A stretch of DNA of 59,703 nucleotides, counting the filler, from Platydemus manokwari (taxonomy: Eukaryota), in the NCBI GenBank assembly GCA_037951405.1. It is 5 parts of 5 records of this genome, joined end to end, with 100 filler letters (N's around TTAATTAATTAA, not from the genome) between each part and the next. Parts side by side here need not be neighbours in the genome. Positions count along the whole stretch, not along the records: positions 9,275 to 24,070 come from JBBMOY011391425.1; 4 more parts are not named here. The stretch is one strand, 5' to 3'. Below, one piece after another: positions 13,821 through 24,170 of this stretch (position 1 is the stretch's first letter; every line of letters begins with the position of its first letter). The notes below the pieces were generated by a model. It was not told the origin of the DNA, did not search any database, and saw nothing but the letters and a program-made list of their open reading frames with translations. Both the position numbers and the translations under genes were made by a program.

Positions 13821-16800
13821 TGTGGGAACTACGCAGGCAATTTTGACCCAAGCAAAGTATAAAATAAATAGAAATAATGACATAATTTTTTTTTTCAAAA
13901 AGTCAAAAATATCCATAAAAATTTTAAAATTTGTTTTACTGCACCAAAACTAATCGACACTAAGTTCATTAGAAAAAACCCATTGGGATGTAAAAATAGA
14001 ACAGACGATGTACGTAAAAAAGAAATAACAACACTAATTGATAAAAATAGACACTGAAATTAAAAACTGTACATATTAAAATTAGTAACATGTGCTACTA
14101 ATTTTATAATGATACAAAAAATAGCAACAAGATGCATGGCTCACAATAATGCATAAAATAGTATAAAAGCAGAGAGCAACAAGAAATCATAGCACTTCGA
14201 CTAATCACAATTACGACTCATTTATAAAACTGTAGGAAAATTTCGCAATTCGCCAGAACACAATTCCGAAGCTATTTTATGCCAATTTTTATCCGCAGAT
14301 TTTTATTACCGAAGAATTTTATTTCAAGAAGGCATTATGAGTAAATTTATTAAATTTTTAATTAAAATTCACCCCACGGCTAATTTCAGCCTTGTGGTCT
14401 ACTAAATTTCATAAGTTCCACTTCAAGTTCCCTACTTTCATTTTTGTTGCGAGAGGCTTACCCGAACACCTAAGCGGTACACCCTTTACTGATTTCTTGA
14501 CTACACTGTTTTCTCCCGCAATAGCGAACACCGCCTTTAGTATTTTAAATTCATTGTACTCAGATTATTAATTTTTGTTTATCAATACATTTTAATGTGT
14601 TATATTTTGCTTTTATCTATTGTATTTTATTCGATTATTATATACATTTCAATGTTATTTTTTATTATATTAATGAACGATCTAGCAACAACAACCTCTC
14701 ATTTGTTTGGAGTCCAGATAGGTTGAAAATTTTTGAGTGAATATAGTTATTTTTATTAAAGTCCTTCTGATAATCAATTACATCTTTTTACAAATTGTGC
14801 ATTTTTAATCTGAACTTATAATTATTACAAACCACTTCGACAATCTTTAACATAGTTTTTAACTTCGGACAAAGAAGCTGTTTTAGTGGTGTTTGACAAG
14901 AAAAACATCCTTGAATAATTTTTAAGACTATTTATTCTGCAAAGTCTAAATTGCAAGAAATTGAAAGGGTCTTTTACTTTAGAAGAAGAGAGCTAGCTGT
15001 CAATTTGGAGAAGTCAACTTCAACGATGCCGATAAACACCATCAAAAAAACATGCTCAGTGAGGAAGTCCTGTGCAGGAAAGAAATTTTAGTGAAAAGGA
15101 ATATCATCGTGCATTAGTTAATATTGTGAACCTAATATATATTGCTTGCGAATGTGATACTTGAATACTGAACGAATGTAATGATTGAATATTTCAGAAA
15201 AATGCTTCTGGAGAGAAATCCTTTGTACTTAGATTTAACGTTGCGAATTGTGCCTCTTACATGAATTCGAACTTTAATTGAAAAAACGTCGAGCTTTATC
15301 TGTCCGAGATAAACAGTGCATTGTTAGTGCAGTGAATAATTGAGCTTCATCTTTTGTACTGAAATAATTGTGTTATTTCTTATTTGATCTAGACTGTTTA
15401 GCTAGTTTTATTTTGAAGCCGTGATAATTAATTTTTATTTTTTCTGATTTTTTTATGATTATTTATTGTGTTGTCCTGATGATTTTGAATGTATTATAAT
15501 TTAAAATTAAATTTCTAAGATATTACCAAGGCAACGTGTATTAATAATTTTTATTAGTCATAATTTGATAATTTGTATTTTATTATTTTGTCCGCTCACA
15601 TTAATCAGTATTTTTTTAATTATCATGTATGAATTTTATATTATTTAAATTTATATTTAGACATATATTTACATATTTATGTATGTTCCGCCTATATCTT
15701 ATATGTGATTAGATGTAGCGTCTGCGTTACCTCAAAAATTCACTCAATCTATTGTTGATTTCATTTTATTAGTAATACTTTTTTTGAAGTGGATTCAAGC
15801 TAAAGTTTGTAAAGTGTGAATAGAAGATATTAACTAAAATTTAGATAATGGGGATTTTATATAAGATGATCAACAAAATTTACTCAATATGCTGCAGTTG
15901 AATTTCGAAATAATATACATTTTTACTAGATCTGTTTTGTTAAGCACAATTGTGATTAAAACACATTGTTAGACTGAGCTGAATTTCATAATAAACAATT
16001 GTGCATTTAATAATCTTTCGTTATATTTTTTTCAATTGGATTAAGACAGGATTTGATAGTCTAAGTTGAGTTTACAATTCTTCTCAACGGGTACATCGAT
16101 AGTTTTGTAAAGAGCTAGTAATGTTCTCAAAATTGTTGTAATCGATGTTTAGATAAAAAATAAGTTAAATTTTGCAAAGAGAATTTTTAATTTGTTGATC
16201 TTATATTCATTTTGTTTTTTTAATTATATATTTTTTATTTCTTTATGCTATTATTAGCATTTATTATTAGTATTTTTATCCAATTATTTTTATGGTTTTT
16301 ATATTTAATAACTAATTAATTTTATTTCCATTTTAATATTTTTTAAATTCCATTTTTATGCAGGATAATATTCTTTGTATTTATTGTTTGGGAATGATCA
16401 ATAAAAATGGGAAACAATATATGATTTTTTATTTATTTTATTATAGAGGTTGTACCCAAAAATACAATATCAACAAATATGATACATAGAATATTGATGC
16501 ATTATCATCAACATATGCTGCTGAAAAATTAGCGTTTGAGTATATCATCTAAAATTATCTGGAGTTGTGACTTATTTGTTCTCTTGAATACTTATTGTTC
16601 CTGGAAATTTTGTATGATTTCTTTTATTTATTGACAATATTAGCAATTTTAAATGTTTAAATTTAAATATTTAAGTTAATTTAATTTAACTATTCTGTTT
16701 AACGAGATAAGGTATAAATCATTGGTCAATTGATTATATAATTAAACACTTTATTTTTTTATAATTAACCTTTCTAAATTTGTATAAATGGTAAAATCCA

Positions 16801-16864
16801 AATAATGTTACAGTATCATTAATTATAATTCTTTTGTTTAAATATCATTAGTTTTAAAAAATAA

Positions 16865-18417
16865 ATGAAAAACTGTCCATTCAAAAATTGTAATTCATTT
16901 GGTCATATAAATGGAAAATATTCTCGTCATTTGACCACATCAGCGTGTCCTAATTACTATAATACTAATCACTCAGAATGGAGTGATATGGTTTATCGTG
17001 AAGAAGGTAAGCGCAGAAATAGTGATAAAATTTTTTCCTCAAGTCACATTTATTCTCGTGAGCCTAAACTTGTCGGGATTACTTCCTATAATTCTCTTTA
17101 CCAGTATCGTCGAGCTCAGCAATGTGTTATTTCTGATCCAGTTAGTTTAATTTTTTTATGCTAATGTGATTCGCGTGTCTTTAAGAATGAAGAAATTTTG
17201 CAACATTTTGAAATAATTTCTAGGCTAAGATCTAGTGAATCATCTACTGATGATTCTAAGCATCTTTTGGTTGGAAATAAATATCGAATTAAAGCAATTG
17301 TTTTTGGAAAATATGAAATTGCAACATGGTATCATAGTGACTATCCGGAAAATATATCTTGTTTTCCTAAAATTTTTATCTGTGAATTCTGCTTACGGTT
17401 TTTCAAATACGAAATTTCATATAAACGTCACATGGTAAATATACATTTAACTATCAGAATTGATAAACTTTTACTTTAGAACATTTGTGCCTTTAGTTGT
17501 CCACCTGGTGACGAAATTTATCGATATAAAAATAATTCATTTTTTGAAATTGATGGAAATTTGCATAAGGTAATTAAATTAGTACTTTTTAATTTTTACT
17601 TTTACAGGAATATAGTAGACGCTTGTGCTTATTAGCTAAGTTATTTTTAAAACAGAAAACAGTTAGTGACGTTGAACGTGTTGTGGATTTCGATTTTTAT
17701 GTCTTAACTGAGAATGATTCTGAAGGCTGCCACTTCATTGGATATTTTTCAAAGGTTTATTTAAAAATAGAATAAAATACATATTATTTATTTTAAGTTG
17801 AAAATGGAAAAGCAGAAGTTGAATAGGAACAAAGCTTTAGAAACAAATGTTATAATGTTTTACAATTTATCTTGCATTCTAGTAATACCACCCGAAATGC
17901 GAAAAGGATACGGGAAATTGCTTATCGATTTTAGTAATTTTTATTTTAATAAAAATTATATTTGTTATTTCGTAGGTTATGAATTAAGTTCAAAAGATTC
18001 AATCATGGCTTCTCCAGAGAGGCCATTGTCAGATTTAGGGTTGTTAACATATAGAAATTATTGGAAAAACGTAATCTTGGATTATCTTAGTGAATATGAG
18101 AAAGACTCGATATCAATAAGAAGTAAAAATTTTGTTAAAGAATTAATCTTATATTTAGTCATGAGTAATAAAACTAGGTTGCATCCATCTGATATTGTTA
18201 CAACTCTATTGTATCTAGGAATGATTAAGTATTATAAGAACGAATTTATAATACTTTTGAAAAGAGTAAGCATATTAGCACTTATAAATTTTTATTTTAT
18301 TTTAAGGATATTATAAATCAACATTTAAAATTGCAAGCAAAAACCAAGAATAAACAAAAGATATATTCAGATTATTTAGATTACAGTCCACAAATAAATG
18401 AAGACATCACCAATTAA
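16865..18417 (+). CDS. KAT7: MYST-family histone acetyltransferase KAT7/HBO1 (Chameau)-like, 8 exons, ~420 aa
   Basis: Exons 16865-17140, 17186-17434, 17480-17569, 17608-17754, 17798-17933, 17976-18122, 18159-18265, 18307-18417. All introns are GT-AG, 36-45 nt and phase-consistent. N-terminal C2HC finger [26 protein letters not shown] plus REP..L...YRRAQ are HBO1-diagnostic. MYST motifs present: [45 protein letters not shown]. Confidence 0.93.
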
Positions 18418-19036
18418 ATATAACTTTTAACTTCTTCCATTTCAACATCATCGCAATATTTCTTCATATGTGTTTTGTCAATATTTGGTCTAAATTTTAT
18501 AATAAATAATTAATTTTATATTAAAGTTTTTACGATAGTTCATTGTCTACGTATTCCGTATAAAATGATAATGGTTTCCATAAAACGACTGCATTTGATA
18601 GATCTGGTTGTAGACTAAAAATCAAATAATATTTATAAAGAATAGTAAAAATTAACATGTTTCTTAATATCGGTTTTGGTAAAATTTCCCCCATGATTAA
18701 ACCATTAGATTCAAATTTTATTTGATGAAATCTAAATAATATTAATTGTAAAATAATGTAACAATTTTACTCAATTTCGTCCTCCATTTCATCTAAATTA
18801 TCAGTTTTAATTTCTTCTATTACGACACCAGATATTTTAGGTTTTTGTGGAAAAGGAACCAATTTTGGCCTTTTGCTTTTATTGTTGTACAAGCTTAAAT
18901 TGATCATGTAATTTGCCATGATTTGGTCAGATATAAATATTTTTTTATAAATGGGATTTTCATAACCTATATTACTAAAAAAATATTTACACAAACAATG
19001 TGGTTTAGTTAACTAATCTTACCGCGATCTTTTCAT
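18414..19036 (-). CDS. HCFC1R1(HPIP)/CCDC117-like small protein, 5 exons, 149 aa
   Basis: Exons 19036-19023, 18974-18771, 18731-18657, 18614-18534, 18489-18414, with four phase-2 GT-AG introns (48, 39, 42, 44 nt). Motifs: KKIFISDQIMANYMINLSL (cf. HPIP RKQFLSEENMATHFSQLSL), AVVLWKP (cf. CCDC117 ELVLWKP), and an acidic DVEME near the C-terminus. The gene model is strong; the family assignment is by eye. Confidence 0.75.
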
Positions 19037-19749
19037 TTTATTTTAAAAATTGTAATTAAACTTATTGTGATCAAACAACGATCATTTGAGTAAATTATAA
19101 TATTCAATTTTTGGCAGATAGTGATAGTTATACAAAATAATTTCTTAATTATTTACTTAGCCTTCAAAATAATATCAGATATTATCATTAATAATCAAAG
19201 AAATTTAAAAATTATTTTAATTTAATTTTGAAATCTGTTTTTTGAAAAGATTGCTCTAAATTGCTTAATATTACTTCGAAGTTTGATGTCAACTTACTAA
19301 ATTAAATACTATCTATTAAAAATGACGTATAACCATTTTGTTAAATGACTTCATCCATATAACTAATTTTATCCATAAAAAATTGCATCAAACTATGCAC
19401 TGGATTTTGATGTTCTATAAGTAATTTTATTATTACAATAATAGTCGATGACAATATCATTAAAAGAAACAGAAGATGGTAAATTTTAAGTTAATGATAT
19501 GACTAACTTGACTAACTAACAACATTAACTTATTGTTGACCATCTTCAGCTTATCTTTAATTCCCGAAATTGAATATTTATTCCAGAATTCCATGCTAGT
19601 TAGACTTTTTTCATTATTTAGAAATCTGAGCGTCTGCACTATTTCTGCATCTTTATGCTGTGTTTCCTGAATTTTCTATATAAACTCCGACTTAATTTGT
19701 ATTTGGGCTAAATAAGTTTTCCGTTTTTGCTCTATCGTGATTCGTCTTG

Positions 19750-20910
19750 TAATGGAGCATTGCTACGATTCTCTCCTTTTCTAAAATCGAAATAATGTCC
19801 TGAGAGGGCCGCCATCCATGTTTGAAATTGAGGACTGATCGGTTTCCGTGTCAAGTTCAAGCATACAAGGGTCTTTTGATCGGTTGTCACAACGAATTTC
19901 TTCTCCTACAAGTATTGTCTAAAGTAAGTAACATAGTCGTCAATAGCCATCACTTTTATTCTGGTAACACAGTATTCTTTCTCGTGACTAATCTGAGGAA
20001 AATTTAAAGAAACTAATAATAATTTAAAATAATAATTTCAATACTAAATTTAATTACAATTTTAATAAAATAATAATCAGTTTCAAAATAAAAAATAATA
20101 TAAAACAAAATAATTTTTTATTAAAATTATTATTAGTTTCTCTAAATTTTCCTCACAACTAGTGATTAATAAAAACCTGTAAGCTATAACTACCTCTGTT
20201 CTTTCTTCAATAACTTGTCTTAGAACGGCCCGATTGCACCGAAACTCGCTTCCGAATGGAGTACATGTATGGTGTTTTCTCTTGGGTAATACAGAATTGG
20301 TGCTTCAAATAGTGCCAATTTTAGCTTCTAAAAACTTATTTAAGCCGATTATTACCATTGTAATTCCTTATTTACATCTGCGATTGGGATGGGTAATGGA
20401 ATGGGTATTACAGCATAATCCTTGATGTATAACCTGTAATAGTTTGTCAGACTTAAAAATGATCGCAGTTTAGTCGTACACTGTGGTACTGTTCGATTTT
20501 GTAGCAATTAGTTTGTATGGCCTTGGTACTAACCATGTGGCCTAAAAACCTCACTTCATCTTTGATTAGCGTACATTTCTCCGGATTCACTTTAAGACCC
20601 AACTCTTGAATTCGTCGAAACACGGCTTCCAGTAGATTGTCATGCTCCTGCTGAGTTTTTTTGTATATCACACATCATCCACACATACCACAACGCCCTT
20701 AAACATCAATTCGTTCAAAATCTTATGCATTATATTTTGAAAAGTTGCTGGTGCTGTAGATAGTTCAAACGGGAGACTGTTGAAACACTATGGGCCGGTT
20801 CTTGTGCTAAAAGTTGTGCAATCTGAGCAAAAAGCATGTCCTAAATCTACTGAGGAGAATTATTTAGCATCTGACAAACAGTCTAGAAATTGATGGATAT
20901 GGAACCAAGT
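19750..20910 (-). mobile_element. Ty3/gypsy pol remnant (RT-RNase H), pseudogenised
   Basis: RT: LPFELSTAPATFQNIM...VVVCVDD...EHDNLLEAVFRRIQELGLKVNPEKC...FLGH. Thumb: NYYRLYIKDYA. RNase H: APILYYP...SEASFGAIG...VIAY and YCVTR...FRQYL*EKKFVVTTDQ. Multiple stops and frameshifts. Confidence 0.9.
19992..20157. mobile_element. 166-bp foldback MITE inserted in the gypsy RNase H (possibly Ginger/TDD-type)
   Basis: ~35-45-bp inverted repeats TGAGGAAAATTTA(A/G)AGAAACTAATAATAATTT, termini TCT...ACA, and flanks ACTAA/ACTAG (5-bp TSD with 1 mismatch). Confidence 0.7.
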
Positions 20911-20969
20911 TCCTTATAAAATTGAATCTCAATAAACGATATTACCAATGAAAGGGGATATATGTAGAA

Positions 20970-21690
20970 CAAAAATCTTCCTGGAAGATTGACGATATGA
21001 ATTTTTAAAAATACCGTTTTTTATCAAACACATCATCAAAATTCCAAAAACTGATGAAGATGATATTGAGTGAGATTACCCATGTAATTGTGTATATCAT
21101 TTATATGGTAATATATTTGTCAACATTTGCAAAAAAAATCTCGCAGATATACCCCAAGTATTATTCAGATATAGGAAAGAGAGTCTAAAGACTAATTCAT
21201 CTAAATTCAAATAAACCCAAAATAAAGGTCACTTTTTGAACCACGTTATCTCATCAGAAAACATTGAACCTGGTGCTGCAAAGATGGGAAGGGTTATTGA
21301 GGTTTTAGGGACACAAAACTAAAGCTGAGATATTTCTATGGATAATATTATTTTACTTTTATTATTATTGTTATTATGCTATTATAGTATTATTATATTT
21401 CTATAAATAAAGCAATGGAAAAGGCGGTAAATAGAAAAAAGACAATAAAAAAGAATAAAAACTACGAGAATATCAGCAAAACGCCTGTGAGACGTTAAAA
21501 GCAAATTTAATATCAGGTCCTACATTTCAATACTTGTAAATGAAAAAATTATTTATCCTGATAACCAATACTGGTTATTGATCGCTTTAGGTTATGAAGA
21601 GAGAGAGATAAACAATGTAATTTTATCTACGAATGGGTATCTGAATATGACAGAAAAGAAATAGTTCACTACATAAATGTTGAGCATATC
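20970..21690 (+). mobile_element. Second decayed gypsy RT/RNase H fragment, opposite orientation
   Basis: VLFRYRKESLKTNSSKFK*...FLNHVISSENIEP and CETLKANLISGPTFQY...FILITN, with many disruptions. Confidence 0.6.
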
Positions 21691-23070
21691 ATAAATCAAT
21701 CAAAAAGGTCACAAGGACCAAATAAAGAACCCTAAAAAGGGTCAATACACACAGCCCCGATAAACACACGTGCCGTTAACCAATCATATTCGTTCTAATG
21801 TTAATCCATATTTAGAAGCTAAAAATCGTAACGCACATAGTTAAAAATGGTAGCAAGCTCAAATATCCGCCAATGGCACAAGAGATGCAAGGAAAATTTC
21901 AAGTAAATCGATCCACGAACAAATTCAGCAAATGGAAAATGAAGATTCTTAACATCAACCATACACACCCAAAAGGCCTATAAAAGAGGTTGAGTTCCAT
22001 GAAGATCTGCCTGTCTCTTTTGGTCGGTAACTTGAGTGCTTAGCCTATCTCTGTGTGATTTTAGAAATTAGTCTTTTTGATTACTTTTCATTATGTTTTA
22101 GACCTCCGGGTGCTGATATCACTTTGAGTTATTTCCCTTGTAAATTGTGAAAAGGTTGGACTTAATATATGCTCCCTAAAAGTGTGACCACAGTTTGATC
22201 GAGTTGCCAAATATTACAATAAAATTGCAGTTATTTCGATCAGTCTTCTAGAATCTCACTTCAATCTACTTCTCACCAAAAAATCCAAAAATAAAAAAAA
22301 CTACTGGCAAGTCCCAATATTCGGCGCTGACACTTACTATGGATTGCAGATGGATTTCTCAATCATGAATAGGAACTCATGACAGAAAAAGCTCAAAAGT
22401 ATAAAAATTAAACAAGGGTGAGGGATTTCCCACCGCCTCAAGAATATCATGTTTATGCTTAATAAAATTTAAATTTTTTTAAAAAATTTTGAAAAGATTT
22501 GCTGTTTTTGTTGTTGAGACTTTGAGTGTTAATGAAATTTTCAGATATACATTGTTGATCGATAACCCAACACAAAGATAAGTTAATTTATGCAATCTAT
22601 GAGCGTATGCAGTATTTATATGGATCAAAAAGAATATCATAAACGAAAACATAAACCACTTGTAAGTTTGAATAAATTCATTACAAATAAATTCGACTAA
22701 ATGGGCTTTGAAGTTCCATTATTACAAGCAGGTACGTTACTTTAGTTGTCAAGTTATAATTTAAAAATAACCATATACAAGAGTGTACACTTAATAGAAA
22801 CATTTACGAAATTATATTAAGCAGTTCCAGAGAAAGAGTAACAAAAAAATAATCATAGAATGGATACGAAAAACCAATGGATAATGGGATTTATTGTTAA
22901 GGAAGATAACCGTACTATAGTAAAAATAGTCAATGATAAGATAAAAATTATCAAAAATATTCCAAAACTGTTATTAGAGCATAAAGTAAATAAAATGTTT
23001 AGAGAGATGTTATAAATTTTCATTAATGATTTATAGATTGAATTCAAGTTCGAATTACAAGTGAACAATT

Positions 23071-23284
23071 TATTACGTTTGGGCCTTATTAATTTTATTG
23101 TTTTATTAAGCTTAATCCTATTCTATATTACTATTGTCTTAATCAGTCTTTATGAGGTCTTGATTAAGGCCACCGGTGTAATCCACCTTATTTTGATGGT
23201 CCTTCACCTCGCACAACCTTATTGTGTGAAGACAATTATTGTGGCAATAGTGATATTTTTTAATTAACTTAACTACTAGTCTCT
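23071..23284. repeat. Repeat family B copy 1: ~210-bp structured dispersed repeat
   Basis: Same-orientation homologue at 52057-52269, with nested inverted repeats conserved in both copies. Confidence 0.85.
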
Positions 23285-24070
23285 AATTATTGTATATACA
23301 GCAACTTATAAATGACCTTACCAACGCCTGGACAAAGAGACGATTAACAGACTCTTACTTATGGAGCAGAACCAAGTACCTTTCAAGATTTTTGAGCAAC
23401 AAAATCGATAATAAGAGATAACGATACAATATATAATATGGATTAGTATTTTACACGAATGGATCTTACTGAAGAGACATCCAGTAAAAGACTGGGCATA
23501 TAGTGAATATTTTTCTTCTGCACTAGGCACCACTCTATTGTGAGATGATTAACTTGCAAAGTAATGTATCTTCTCCAACTGGTGTGGCGTATATAGGTGT
23601 CTTAGGTATTGCAAAACTAATGGCAGTGAAATTATGACTGCTGCCTTATGAAGGCAGCAATGAGTCACTAGCAGATATTCTCTGCGATTAAATCTAATGC
23701 CACTGAATTTATTATTTTATCGATAGAATTTATTCACTGGTGAGAGAAATTCTCTCTGAACAGAGAAAATTCTCTTTCGATTAAATTTAATCGAGTGATT
23801 ATTTTATTCTGCAACAGAATTTATATGCGCGATAATAGATGGCATTTTATTTGTCTATGTTATTGCCTAAAATTTTATTGTGTTAACATTTTATAAATTA
23901 ATTTATTATTTAGGGAATTTCGATGGAATTTGTCTAAGAGGGTTTAACTAATATTGTTATTTTACGTATATATATTAGGTGTATTAGTATGATTCCGGCT
24001 TTTTTTTTAAAAACAAAAACATTTTTTAAAATATTTATTTAATGAAATTCAATCAAAATATTTTCCATTT

Positions 24071-24170
24071 NNNNNNNNNNNNNNNNNNNNNNNNNNNNNN
24101 NNNNNNNNNNNNNNTTAATTAATTAANNNNNNNNNNNNNNNNNNNNNNNNNNNNNNNNNNNNNNNNNNNN
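24071..24170. other. Artificial scaffold gap linker
   Basis: 44N-TTAATTAATTAA-44N. Confidence 0.95.

Noticed and set aside
15650-16560. Possible upstream exons of KAT7 or a separate gene
   Set aside because: Every frame tested hits stops between plausible splice sites, and an in-frame TAA directly precedes the KAT7 ATG.
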